In this document: positions 1-9,675 of the stretch, piece by piece
How the letters are laid out: each line of letters begins with the position of its first letter
How positions within the stretch are numbered: position 1 is the stretch's first letter
IMG/VR virus record: IMGVR_UViG_3300029822_000023
Location: 1 to 41,721 of that record
DNA length: 41,721 nucleotides
Reading direction: 5' to 3' (one strand)
From: a virus
Taxonomy: Duplodnaviria; Caudoviricetes
The notes under the pieces: generated by a model
What the model was told of the DNA's origin: nothing
The model's input: the letters and a program-made list of their open reading frames with translations, nothing else
Databases searched by the model: none
Made by a program: the position numbers and the translations under genes

Positions 1-1125
1 AAAAATGGCCAGAAATCACACTTCCTGCAGTTCCTAATAAACACTTCAAATTTTACGTGGCGTTTAGAACAAAAAGAGCTTCCAATCCCTGAGGATGAGC
101 TTGACGAAAATAACACACATCTCATTTCTAAACTTGCTGCTATTGGCTATATGCTTATGTCTGCAAAAGACAGATCTGTCTCCAGGGCAGTTGTAGCTAT
201 GGATGGCCGTCAGTCCGAAGTAGGTACTTCAAATGGTCGTTCCGGGAAGTCTATTCTAGGTGAATTATTCAAGCAGGTTTTACCCACTGTTAGTATAAAC
301 GGAAAGCATAAGGACTTTGATAAGGATCCTTTTATTTGGGATGAAGTAACTGTAAAGACAAAAATAGTCTTCATCGATGACGTTAGAACAAACTTTAATT
401 TTGAATTTCTGTTTGCCAACATAACTGGCGACTGGTCAATTAACTACAAAGGTGAACGTCGTGCAACTCTTTCGTTCTACGATTCACCAAAAATATACAT
501 AACAACAAACCACGCTTTAAATGGTGAAGGTGGATCATTCAACGATAGACAATGGAAAATAGCCTTTTCAGACTACTATAACGATACTCATAAGCCGGTT
601 GACGATTTCGGTACCCTCTTTTTTGATGAATGGGATTTTGAACAATGGAACCTTATGTGGAATCTTCTTGCAGAATGTGTGCAGATCTACTTGCGTTTTG
701 GCGTAATTGAATCTCCATCTCAGAGAATTGAACAGCGCAAGCTTCGCCAGTCTATGGGTGAAGATTTCATCTCCTGGGCAGATGAATATTTTTCAGATGA
801 TGAACGCCGAAACGTAAGACTTAAGAGAAGAGAGGTCTATGATGATTATCTGGAATATGCTCCGGATCAGCGGAGATATACAACAGCTTCTCGCTTCAAG
901 TCGCTTATACGCTATTACTGCCAATGGAAGGAATATCTTTTCAATCCTCACAAATATGATCCCGCAACAGGTCTCTGTCAATTCTTTGATAAAGATGGCC
1001 GTCCGGATGACTCAGATAAGTCAGGAGGTGTTGAGTATATAATGCTTGGAGATAAGGAAAAATGGAGCGATCTAAACGTCACGCCGGAATCAAGTGAAGA
1101 GAGACCATCAGACCTGCCATTTTAA
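1..1125 (+). CDS. Phage primase/helicase, C-terminal P-loop part (5'-truncated by window)
   Basis: Frame is open from base 1 (KNGQKSHFLQ...). Walker A NGRSGKS, Walker B IVFIDD, ITTNH sensor-like motif, C-terminal DLPF. Confidence 0.8.
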   Translation, partial: KNGQKSHFLQFLINTSNFTWRLEQKELPIPEDELDENNTHLISKLAAIGYMLMSAKDRSVSRAVVAMDGRQSEVGTSNGRSGKSILGELFKQVLPTVSINGKHKDFDKDPFIWDEVTVKTKIVFIDDVRTNFNFEFLFANITGDWSINYKGERRATLSFYDSPKIYITTNHALNGEGGSFNDRQWKIAFSDYYNDTHKPVDDFGTLFFDEWDFEQWNLMWNLLAECVQIYLRFGVIESPSQRIEQRKLRQSMGEDFISWADEYFSDDERRNVRLKRREVYDDYLEYAPDQRRYTTASRFKSLIRYYCQWKEYLFNPHKYDPATGLCQFFDKDGRPDDSDKSGGVEYIMLGDKEKWSDLNVTPESSEERPSDLPF

Positions 1126-1161
1126 AATAATAAGAGTATTAACTACAAAATAACTATTAAC

Positions 1162-1386
1162 ATGATTATCAAATTCAACAAAAAAAAACAGGAGCAATTC
1201 AACAAGATGTATGATACACTGAAGCATATATCACAGGAGTACTATCAGGTTGCAGCACTAAGAGCTGCAGCTGAAGTTCGCTATAATATCAGACCGGATG
1301 ATGCAGTTGATCAGGCTTACGAAAATATGAGAAATGATGCGAAAAAAGCGATATCAGGCGTAAAGCCTTTTCGAAGTAAACAATAA
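1162..1386 (+). CDS. Hypothetical protein
   Basis: 74-aa ORF, A-rich leader, followed by a terminator. Confidence 0.65.
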   Translation: MIIKFNKKKQEQFNKMYDTLKHISQEYYQVAALRAAAEVRYNIRPDDAVDQAYENMRNDAKKAISGVKPFRSKQ

Positions 1387-1407
1387 CTTTTTTTCTTAAT
1401 TAAATTC

Positions 1408-1445
1408 AGGCAGCTCCGGCTGTGAAGCTAGAGCTGTCTTTTTTT
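1408..1445 (+). terminator. Intrinsic terminator
   Basis: AGGCAGCTC...GAGCTGTCT stem followed by a T-run. Confidence 0.75.
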
Positions 1446-1472
1446 AAGAACTAATTATTAACTAACTAAATT

Positions 1473-1751
1473 ATGTATGACGAAATGAAACAAGTAATAG
1501 TAATTGCAAAGTATAGGGGCTCAATTCCAGAGGATATGACAGTCTCGCAAATAGAGAAGCTTTGTGAGAAAAAGATAAGAGAGAATATTTACACGTTTAA
1601 GGTCGAAGTTGAAGATTACGATGATAAGACTAACAATAAACCGCTTTTTGAGTTTGGTGGTGTCATGGTAGGTGTCGATCATTATGAAATTAGAATCGGT
1701 ACAGACGAAAAGCATGAAAATATGAATTATAAATCATCAGACAATGATTAA
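1473..1751 (+). CDS. Hypothetical protein
   Basis: 92-aa ORF in a tightly packed run. Confidence 0.6.
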   Translation: MYDEMKQVIVIAKYRGSIPEDMTVSQIEKLCEKKIRENIYTFKVEVEDYDDKTNNKPLFEFGGVMVGVDHYEIRIGTDEKHENMNYKSSDND

Positions 1752-1983
1752 AATAACCCTCATAAACTCCGGACAATCATTTCAGCAATTCATTTGTGAC
1801 GATACAGGTAAGATAATAGATGTTCAACCTAAACAGGATACTCCATCTATATGGATTGGCTCACTGATACCGGTTAATGATCCAGATCTCATGCAAGAAG
1901 GCAAATACTGCCCTATAAAAAAGGCATATAGTTCAAGCTATGGTTATTTAAGACATGTAATTCAAGAAATAAAATACATATGA
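1744..1983 (+). CDS. Hypothetical protein
   Basis: 79-aa ORF overlapping its neighbours by 8 and 4 nt. Confidence 0.6.
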   Translation: MIKITLINSGQSFQQFICDDTGKIIDVQPKQDTPSIWIGSLIPVNDPDLMQEGKYCPIKKAYSSSYGYLRHVIQEIKYI

Positions 1984-2405
1984 AAAAAATAGTACAACTT
2001 AGCGAATATGAATATGATAAATTAATAGCCAGCTCAAATCTTAATGAAGAAAAAATAAAGGAGTTGGCTATTAAGAGAATCAATGATGAAGAAAGACTGC
2101 CAATAGAATTAATTATAGATATTCCAAATGATTTTAAAAGAGAGTTTAAATTCACAGTAAGAGGTTATTCATCACCCACAAAAGCAACCTGGATGGAATA
2201 TGACGAAAAAAGGCAGGTAATAGAGTATATTGAGGAAAGAATGAGGACGTGGATGTATAATAGATTTGATTTCATACCCAATAGACTGACATTCCTTCAA
2301 GAACGTATAAATGCATATGATAAAGCAAGGTTATGGTTTATAGGATTGACTGTTTCTGGATGGGGAATTGCTATAGTGATAACGTTAATAACTTTATTGA
2401 AATAA
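1980..2405 (+). CDS. Hypothetical protein with C-terminal transmembrane helix
   Basis: ATGA overlap with upstream gene; hydrophobic tail LWFIGLTVSGWGIAIVITLITLL. Confidence 0.7.
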   Translation: MKKIVQLSEYEYDKLIASSNLNEEKIKELAIKRINDEERLPIELIIDIPNDFKREFKFTVRGYSSPTKATWMEYDEKRQVIEYIEERMRTWMYNRFDFIPNRLTFLQERINAYDKARLWFIGLTVSGWGIAIVITLITLLK

Positions 2406-2413
2406 CAACAATT

Positions 2414-2695
2414 ATGGAAATGCCAGTACCCTGTTCAGATTGCCAAAAATGGATTGACTTGGATGAAACACGAACATCACCTTATGATAAAAAGCTAAAA
2501 TGTCAGGAATGTTATCAAAAAGACTATAATGCATATGAAATATATCGAGAAGCTTATGACATTCAGTATGATCTTGACTGCTATGCTGAACATATGAAGG
2601 GAGATAGACGTGGTTGGAAAAAGAACCTCAAAGTACTTAAGAATAAGCTCAATGAACTGGGCTATGATTACGAGGAATTTACATTTAATTTCTAA
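2414..2695 (+). CDS. Hypothetical protein with zinc-ribbon-like CxxC...CxxC
   Basis: CSDC and CQEC; start moved to ATG 2414 to avoid overlap. Confidence 0.65.
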   Translation: MEMPVPCSDCQKWIDLDETRTSPYDKKLKCQECYQKDYNAYEIYREAYDIQYDLDCYAEHMKGDRRGWKKNLKVLKNKLNELGYDYEEFTFNF

Positions 2696-2707
2696 AAATA
2701 AAACAAC

Positions 2708-2956
2708 ATGGACGAAACAATTATTTCAAGAATAGAAGAACTAGCAATCTTGCAGAAAGATTTACAGAATGTGTGCATTAAAATCGATAATCCGGGCAAT
2801 GTAATACCAGCAACATATAATTCTTCCCTAAAGCGGATAGTAAATCACATTGAGCTGCAGAGACAGCAAATCCAAGAATTAAAAGAAGAAATCACTAAAC
2901 TGGGTTATACAGTTCATGAATATGACGCGTCTGGTAAAGTGAATGGGATAAAATAA
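2708..2956 (+). CDS. Hypothetical coiled-coil protein
   Basis: 82-aa ORF with A-rich leader. Confidence 0.6.
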   Translation: MDETIISRIEELAILQKDLQNVCIKIDNPGNVIPATYNSSLKRIVNHIELQRQQIQELKEEITKLGYTVHEYDASGKVNGIK

Positions 2957-2975
2957 CATTGAAATCAAACGCATT

Positions 2976-3287
2976 ATGAAGCAAAATAAAATCATAGTAG
3001 CAGTCCATCCGGACGCTCAGGAGCGTCGCAGAATTATCCAGGGTATTATGATACGGCTGGGCTTTGCTTTAACTCAGAATGACGCAGGAAAGTTTATCAA
3101 GCCATTGGTTCATGACTTCGACCTGCAACAATGCTATTTCGTATGTGCCGAGCTTCACAACTTCAGCGAAAGTCCGATCACCAATCAGCGACTATATGAA
3201 CTTGCCGCCCGTGGACTGGCGGTAGTTGTGGGAACAAAGCGTTTACCGGTTCAATACGAGATTATCTGTCAAGCAGTTTATGATTGA
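2976..3287 (+). CDS. Hypothetical protein
   Basis: 103-aa ORF ending the early run. Confidence 0.7.
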   Translation: MKQNKIIVAVHPDAQERRRIIQGIMIRLGFALTQNDAGKFIKPLVHDFDLQQCYFVCAELHNFSESPITNQRLYELAARGLAVVVGTKRLPVQYEIICQAVYD

Positions 3288-3580
3288 TCTCTGCATTTAT
3301 GACAGTTCTCTTCAGCCTCACGCTGTCAAGCGTGGGGCTGTTTTGTCTTATGAGTGCCAAAGGCTCGAATACCTTTGATATACTTCTCTTCGTTCGATTT
3401 TCCCCTTGCACCCCAATTTCATGCTTGTCAGAAAATGGAACAATTGTACACATGAAAAATTCAGGCTCCCCGGGAAAGGCGCAAAAACCAACTGCAAACA
3501 AACAGCCACAGTGACATATAATATATTATTTATTTATTATTATATTTTTAGAAATAGACTTATTAAAAAAGTAAGAAAAA

Positions 3581-3816
3581 AATCGTACAATCGTGCAATC
3601 TGAAAATTTAAACAGATAAGTAGTTTATTATCATAATTATATGAGTGCACGAATTTTGCACGAATCTGCACGATTTGTACTTTCTGCACGAAAAACACGA
3701 TTAGTACGTAAAAGTACACATTAGTACAAAATAGTACGGAATTATTAAGTCTCTAAAACACTGTATATCAGTGGCAAAGCGAAAATGTTTAAAATAAACG
3801 CACGAATGCACGAATT
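3581..3816. repeat. Phased array of GYAC(GA) short repeats, iteron-like
   Basis: TGCACGA at 3646, 3657, 3667, 3685; AGTAC at 3703, 3713, 3723, 3733; GCACGAAT twice near 3800; inverted copies at 3583-3597. Confidence 0.8.
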
Positions 3817-3951
3817 TAAACTAATGTTTTACGCAGGTCACCCTGTCAAACTCATTTGGGCAATGAAAATATATCAGTAAACATTTGTATATTTCATGAA
3901 TATTCACTAATTTAATACTATTAACGGTTTAGTATACACGTGTTTAAAAAT

Positions 3952-4431
3952 ATGGTTACAACAAAAATCAACATTAAACCGCACTTGGCAGAATATGTCA
4001 AGGGCCGACTTGTCGGATGCAAGGATAAACCGGTTCAGTTTCCGGCTGGATCAGATATCTATATTGTAATTTGGGATCTAATGTCAAAACGACCTGCAGA
4101 TGCACCTCCAATTGACAGAGGAAATTTGGAGATCATTCTTCCGTCCCGCTCAATTGGTAAACGCCCTGAATATTATAACTATCTTTCCAAACGTTCACAA
4201 ACTATAATCGAAAAGAAGATCGAAGAGATAATGTTCGAGGAGCTTCATCACCGTCTTCGGTTTAACAAACGAAAGGGAATTACGTATATTGATTCCATTC
4301 ATTGGTTCATGTGTGAATATGCAATTAACTCGATTTCCGAGGATGCTTATAAGAAAGAATTCTACAGATTACGAAGAAATGAGTTTAATCGACGTAAAAA
4401 AGATAAAAAATACTGCGATCAAACGACGTGA
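3952..4431 (+). CDS. Basic hypothetical protein, possible transcriptional regulator
   Basis: ATG 3952; K/R-rich helical C-terminus; lies between the early and structural modules. Confidence 0.6.
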   Translation: MVTTKINIKPHLAEYVKGRLVGCKDKPVQFPAGSDIYIVIWDLMSKRPADAPPIDRGNLEIILPSRSIGKRPEYYNYLSKRSQTIIEKKIEEIMFEELHHRLRFNKRKGITYIDSIHWFMCEYAINSISEDAYKKEFYRLRRNEFNRRKKDKKYCDQTT

Positions 4432-4519
4432 TTTGTCCCTTTTACAGTCAAATTGATGTCAAAATGATGCAAACTATTTACCACATCCACAATATCAACT
4501 ACTTACAACACTGAAAATC

Positions 4520-4954
4520 ATGTACACAACAGACAGAATGGGCGGTTTCATATCAGCCCGAATAATCGAAACAAAAAACATTGAATCTTTTGCTGTTATC
4601 TCTGATAAGGTTGAAATAACTCTTAAACCGGGTATGTCATTTTTTGATATAGATGTAAAAAAGTATGGAATATCTCCGATAGTTTCTGTTTCTAAGGAAA
4701 AAATGGGACATATTTATGAAATAAATCTATCTATTTCTTCAAAAAACAGAACAGGTCTAAAACTAAAACCTTTCAATAAAATGATTGCAATATGTAAAAA
4801 CTCACTGGGTGAAGAGATTGTTTTTGGTATTCCAAGTTTTCCACTAACAGGTGCTACCTCTCCGATAATGTCGGATCGCCCGGAAGGTGAAGTAGGTGAG
4901 ATAATATCACTCACCGGTCGACAGCCTTATTATCCTTACCTATTGCGCCAGTAA
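4520..4954 (+). CDS. Putative virion protein, tail-tube-like
   Basis: Motif parallels with the 7491-8162 product (see findings). Confidence 0.5.
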   Translation: MYTTDRMGGFISARIIETKNIESFAVISDKVEITLKPGMSFFDIDVKKYGISPIVSVSKEKMGHIYEINLSISSKNRTGLKLKPFNKMIAICKNSLGEEIVFGIPSFPLTGATSPIMSDRPEGEVGEIISLTGRQPYYPYLLRQ

Positions 4955-5022
4955 ATAGTTGTAATTTATATAATTAAACACACGTTCAGTATAAGATATT
5001 ATACAGCAGTAGTATAATCTCC

Positions 5023-5057
5023 GTCCCTTAATTCACCCATTAATATCGGTAATATTG
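5023..5057 (+). promoter_or_regulatory. Candidate late promoter motif, copy 1
   Basis: GTCCCTT at 5023; TAATATTG ending 5057. Confidence 0.6.
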
Positions 5058-5074
5058 TCAGAAAATTACTGGTA

Positions 5075-5923
5075 ATGCTACACAAACACGGAATTCTCTC
5101 AAATATCTGGTTAATTAATGCATCACATGCATCTAATTATTTACCTCTTATCACCTCATATCTTAAAGGTGAGTTGAAAGAAAAAGAAAATAATCAGCAC
5201 GATTATTTACGCTTTGCAGAAAAAAACCTCTCCGGGTACCATGTTTCTGAATTCGGCAATGCTACACCACCGGAAGAAGCTCATGAAGATTCAATTGCAA
5301 TTATTGATTTTACCAATGCTATAACAAAATATGATTCTTGGTGTGATGCAGGAATGCTAACAAAATCAGATCTGCTTCAAAGATGTTTCGACAATGACAA
5401 TATTAAAGGCATCATTTTCAATATCGACTCAGGTGGTGGTGAAGGTGCAGCAATGCGTCATATATCTGAAACTATAGCACAGAGAAATAAACCCATTATT
5501 TCATACGTATCCGACTTTGCATGTTCTGCTGCTTATGGAATAGCTTCCTGCACAGATCTTATCGTTGCAAATTCAGAACTGGCTACTGTAGGATCTATAG
5601 GTACATATGTCAGTGTAGCTGATTATACCGAATATTTCAAAAAGATGGGTATTAACCTTATTGAGGTTTATGCAAGCGACTCAACTGAAAAAAACATGGA
5701 GGTTCGCGAAGCTGTAAAAGGTAATACTAAACCTCTTCTTGAATTGGCCAACCGGTACAATGAACACTTTCTCTCGATGATAGAAGAGAATAGAAAAGAG
5801 CATCTTAAAGCTGATCGCTCGAAATGGGGTACCGGTAAAACATTCTTTGCTTCTGATGCCCTGGAAATAGGGCTAATTGATAAAATCGACTCATTTTCTA
5901 ACATCTTAAATTACTTTGTATGA
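5075..5923 (+). CDS. S49 (SppA/ClpP-like) prohead protease
   Basis: IDSGGG, ACSAAYGIAS and VGSIG motifs; lies upstream of scaffold and capsid genes. Confidence 0.9.
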   Translation: MLHKHGILSNIWLINASHASNYLPLITSYLKGELKEKENNQHDYLRFAEKNLSGYHVSEFGNATPPEEAHEDSIAIIDFTNAITKYDSWCDAGMLTKSDLLQRCFDNDNIKGIIFNIDSGGGEGAAMRHISETIAQRNKPIISYVSDFACSAAYGIASCTDLIVANSELATVGSIGTYVSVADYTEYFKKMGINLIEVYASDSTEKNMEVREAVKGNTKPLLELANRYNEHFLSMIEENRKEHLKADRSKWGTGKTFFASDALEIGLIDKIDSFSNILNYFV

Positions 5924-6339
5924 AATTTTTAACTGACCAGCAGTATAATGAACTGAAAGAAAAGTCTGATGCTTATTCTCAGATCGTAACTGCCATTATT
6001 GGAAATTCTGAGGGTGTCGAAGCAAAAGACATTACTGCAGAACATATTATCGAGGCCCTACAGACTGAAGGTAAAGATGCCAAAACCGTTGATTTGCAGC
6101 CGCAACTCGACCAGGCAAATGCACGTATCACCGAACTTGAAGGTGAACTGGAAACTTCAAACAGTAAAGTTGCAGAGCTTGAAGAAGAGCTTGACGCAAA
6201 ACCTGCTGAAGAATCTGCAAAAATTACCTCTAAGGGAGAAACAACCGGAGAGAAGAAAGATCTTATTGATTTTGCCAAGGAAAATCAAAAGAATCCGTTT
6301 GCCGTAATTGAACAGGCTAAAAAAGAAGGACTTATTTAA
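5920..6339 (+). CDS. Putative capsid scaffolding protein
   Basis: Acidic coiled coil between protease and capsid genes. Confidence 0.6.
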   Translation: MKFLTDQQYNELKEKSDAYSQIVTAIIGNSEGVEAKDITAEHIIEALQTEGKDAKTVDLQPQLDQANARITELEGELETSNSKVAELEEELDAKPAEESAKITSKGETTGEKKDLIDFAKENQKNPFAVIEQAKKEGLI

Positions 6340-6359
6340 ACCAAAACAAATACTTAACT

Positions 6360-7394
6360 ATGGCTACAATTAATTTAGAAGGCTTAACATCAGTTGCTAA
6401 AAGGTATGATCCTATTCTCAGGATGTTGCCTTTCAATACGCTCAATGATATGGCCCTACGCATGAGATTGAACATCATAGATGTTCCTTCAGGTGAACAT
6501 ATACTGAAGAACATGCGCCGTGATGCAGGAATTCTTGCTCCTTATTCTGTAGGTCTTACCTTAGATCAACAAAAAGAAATGATCAAGTTTATGGAGGCTT
6601 CACTTAAGCCCGAAATCGTGTTTGCACATGTTCCTGATAATGTGACAAACTATGAAGAAATGGACGTATTGTCAAGTCAGGGTAATCCTGTTGACAATAA
6701 GTCCAAGAAACACCCAATTGAAGCAACTCTGCTTGCTGCAATTGTGAAATCATTCTCTGAGGATGTTGCTTTTAACATCTTTCATGCTCAGCGAGACACA
6801 GCTGTTCTCACACCTGCAACTGCATTCAACGGTGTGAACTACAAGTTGAGTCTATTGAAGACCACTTCACAAATTACCGTGGAAACCAAAAACCTTGTAG
6901 CATCAGGTAAATTTGGTGTGGTTCCTGCTGAAGGAAATCCGCGAGATGATTATCAGGCTTTGGTAGATTGGCTGCGTCAAGCTAGCTGGTACCTGAGACG
7001 CAAAGAGGTTCTCCTCTATGCTTCTGAAACTGTTATGAATCCTGTTCGTGCATCCTACAAAGAGCGAGTAAAAGCTCACGAGGATCCAACATTAGAGCAA
7101 ACCGTTAAACTTCTCCGTGATGATGCTAACATGCCACGTTTGCAGATCATTTCGGAACCTGAATATGGAATCGGCTCTCAACTGATGCTTGTTATACCTG
7201 GACTGATCGATATCGGTACCAGAGACAAAAATGACAAGCAGTTCGTCCAGGTGCGCAATGTAAAGGATGATCCAAATGAAGTTCAATTCTGGGTACAATC
7301 GGCATACGATACCAGAATTCGTGACATCCATCCGAAGGTGTTCATGGTCAATGAAGAAATCAACACAGTCAACGATCTGTCTGGTGATTATTAA
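6360..7394 (+). CDS. Putative major capsid protein
   Basis: 344 aa; follows protease and scaffold; followed by a hairpin. Confidence 0.7.
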   Translation: MATINLEGLTSVAKRYDPILRMLPFNTLNDMALRMRLNIIDVPSGEHILKNMRRDAGILAPYSVGLTLDQQKEMIKFMEASLKPEIVFAHVPDNVTNYEEMDVLSSQGNPVDNKSKKHPIEATLLAAIVKSFSEDVAFNIFHAQRDTAVLTPATAFNGVNYKLSLLKTTSQITVETKNLVASGKFGVVPAEGNPRDDYQALVDWLRQASWYLRRKEVLLYASETVMNPVRASYKERVKAHEDPTLEQTVKLLRDDANMPRLQIISEPEYGIGSQLMLVIPGLIDIGTRDKNDKQFVQVRNVKDDPNEVQFWVQSAYDTRIRDIHPKVFMVNEEINTVNDLSGDY

Positions 7395-7405
7395 TAGTGA
7401 TTATA

Positions 7406-7435
7406 AGGATTAGCGGATAAACTCCGCTATTCCTT
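7406..7435 (+). terminator. Hairpin after capsid gene
   Basis: AAGGATTAGCGGA...TCCGCTATTCCTT; no clear T-run. Confidence 0.45.
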
Positions 7436-7490
7436 AAAATGTATCACTTTAAAAAAAGATAAATTCATTTTCAAATAAAAATACTACAAA

Positions 7491-8162
7491 ATGAAAAATG
7501 TATTTCAAAAAATATTGGGGATAATGGTTTTATCCATAATTTCCATAGTGATAGCCCAAATTGATATGGGCTCAGGTATCGCTCTTGCCTTTGCTCTGCC
7601 CGTAGGGTTCGCAGGACCACTTAAATGGAACTGTGGATCTGAAAATATGGGTGGATATAAAAATAGGGTAGCGTTTATACCGGATTGTGCTGTTACAGCT
7701 GTGCCAACATTACCGGATAAAGATACGGTCGTCGATGCTGGTGATCTTGTAACGGCAGCCGGTGCTTTTGTATTTAAAGATGGAGATTCACCTCAATTCA
7801 TCTATGCAACCAAAGGAACTGTCAATTATAATGCAGAACCTCAGGGTGAAATTGATGGTCAGTCATTCGTTCAAACCTTAGAATTTGGACACCCGGGTTC
7901 TGCAGCTGAAGTAGGCGCTTTTGCCCGGTTAGTTAATAACACTCCAGGTTATGTGATTTACGAAGGTCACGACGGTCAACAGTATATGGTGGGACAAAAA
8001 GGTTATCCTGCTAATATAAGTCCTGCATTTGCAGGTGGTGCCGCTGCAGCCGATCGTAAAGCTCATACTTTCACGGCTGAAGCTGATAGCTTCTGTCCGT
8101 ATATTTTATTGGGTACACCAATAGATTTTGATGAATTGGAGAATCCGGTAGTGGTTCCTTGA
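7491..8162 (+). CDS. Putative major tail (tube) protein with hydrophobic N-terminus
   Basis: Beta-strand-like G/A/T-rich body; follows the capsid gene; followed by a terminator. Confidence 0.55.
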   Translation: MKNVFQKILGIMVLSIISIVIAQIDMGSGIALAFALPVGFAGPLKWNCGSENMGGYKNRVAFIPDCAVTAVPTLPDKDTVVDAGDLVTAAGAFVFKDGDSPQFIYATKGTVNYNAEPQGEIDGQSFVQTLEFGHPGSAAEVGAFARLVNNTPGYVIYEGHDGQQYMVGQKGYPANISPAFAGGAAAADRKAHTFTAEADSFCPYILLGTPIDFDELENPVVVP

Positions 8163-8199
8163 TAGCTCTTTTTTCTCTTGTTTGATTTGTCATGTTGAT

Positions 8200-8236
8200 A
8201 GGGAGTGGTGCATGATTACTGCCCACTCCCTTTTTT
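8200..8236 (+). terminator. Intrinsic terminator
   Basis: AGGGAGTGG...CCACTCCCT followed by a T-run. Confidence 0.75.
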
Positions 8237-8255
8237 AAAATTAAAGACTTCAATT

Positions 8256-9038
8256 ATGCTAAAAAAAATACAAAACTGGATGGCCAATCCCAAGCGTGAA
8301 TATGCTGAAGGATTAAAGTTTTTCAATGATCTGGCCAATAAAGAACAAAAGGCATCTTTCGGTAAATATCTGAATGATGTTGATCAAAAGGAAATTGCTC
8401 AATTCGATCCGGCAGGTCGATTCTCAATCCTGATAAACCAGGTGAGATTTATTGAGCGTAGGATTAAAGCTTCACCTGATCAGTTAAAGCTTGCCCAAAG
8501 TGCTAAAGTGAAATCTATTAATACTGAAACACCATCTGGTGATTCAGGTAAAGGAAAAGATGATACAGCACCAACAGGTTCAGAGTCAAAAATAACTGAT
8601 CTTAGTCAGTTGCCTGAAGAGTTTGCTCCGGATGTTGCTAGACTTAAAGAGATTGTGCCTTTAATGGCAAAAATCCATGCTGATATGGCTAATGAACTTG
8701 CTGATGATGTTCGAGCTAATCTTCGCACTCAATTAGTTGATTTGGATGATGAGCGTCGAGCTATCTGGGATCGCATCAATAAGTTCATGGCTGAAGGTGA
8801 AAAGGAATCTATTGAAAAGTCTGAGTCTGAACAAGCTGTCGAAAAAAACATGTTTGAATTTGGAAAAGCAGTTGCTGAAGATATTTCGAAACTCAAAGGT
8901 TATGTAACCAGAAATACAAATCTGGTAAAAAAATATACCGAAGAAGGGAAAGCAGATAAAGCTGCAGATACACAGCAACGTGTTGATGAATATGCAAAAC
9001 AACTTGCAGAACTCGAAGCTCTATTCTCAAAAGAGTAA
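8256..9038 (+). CDS. Hypothetical helical protein
   Basis: ATG 8256 lies after the terminator; charged, coiled-coil-like. Confidence 0.75.
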   Translation: MLKKIQNWMANPKREYAEGLKFFNDLANKEQKASFGKYLNDVDQKEIAQFDPAGRFSILINQVRFIERRIKASPDQLKLAQSAKVKSINTETPSGDSGKGKDDTAPTGSESKITDLSQLPEEFAPDVARLKEIVPLMAKIHADMANELADDVRANLRTQLVDLDDERRAIWDRINKFMAEGEKESIEKSESEQAVEKNMFEFGKAVAEDISKLKGYVTRNTNLVKKYTEEGKADKAADTQQRVDEYAKQLAELEALFSKE

Positions 9039-9077
9039 TCATTTTTAGAATAACTCAACCTTTATTCCAGAAATGAG

Positions 9078-9572
9078 ATGAAAACTATATTTAAGGAGTA
9101 TTTTCCGCATGGGCCGTTGCCCGGCAAAATAATTCCTTACGCGCATAAAGGGGAATGGGCAGTACATGAGATACTGCCTTTTCTTTTTCAATATATCGGA
9201 CCATTTCATTTGTCCGTAGCATCTTTCAATATTTCAGAGGATAGCCTCCGGCCAATGTTTTTCATGAAAGAAAAAAATGAGCTGTTAAGCGTTCGTTTTC
9301 TCTTTGACATGAATGTACACCGGCATAAAATAGACATGATGTTTTTTTCTTCAAGTGTTGCTGATCAGATCAGACTCTCATCAACTCACATGAAGATTTT
9401 GCTGGTCCAAAACAGGCTTATAAACTTTGCAATGGTGGGAAGTGCCAATATGAACCTGGTAATGCGTCATGAAGCTGGAATAATGACAACAGAGGATACT
9501 ACGTTCAATTATTATAAACAGTATTACGATAAAGTTTTCGAAAATGACTCTATACCCTTCATATTCGAATAA
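9078..9572 (+). CDS. Phospholipase D-fold (HKD-like) protein
   Basis: THMKILLV...VGSANMN matches HxK...GSxN; upstream VASFNI strand. Confidence 0.75.
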   Translation: MKTIFKEYFPHGPLPGKIIPYAHKGEWAVHEILPFLFQYIGPFHLSVASFNISEDSLRPMFFMKEKNELLSVRFLFDMNVHRHKIDMMFFSSSVADQIRLSSTHMKILLVQNRLINFAMVGSANMNLVMRHEAGIMTTEDTTFNYYKQYYDKVFENDSIPFIFE

Positions 9573-9675
9573 TATAGCGATACCGGTTAGCGAGCAAAGG
9601 CCTTATCGTGGGAAGCCAAAAACTAATTTGCTGCCGACATTCATGACGTGAGCAAATTATAAATGACTGATAAAC

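Noticed and set aside
3262-3603. Overlapping short ORFs on both strands
   Set aside because: Mutually overlapping, atypical composition, adjacent to a cis-repeat region.
3581-3816. CRISPR or mini-array
   Set aside because: Units are 5-8 bp with no spacer-length unique sequence; no cas genes.
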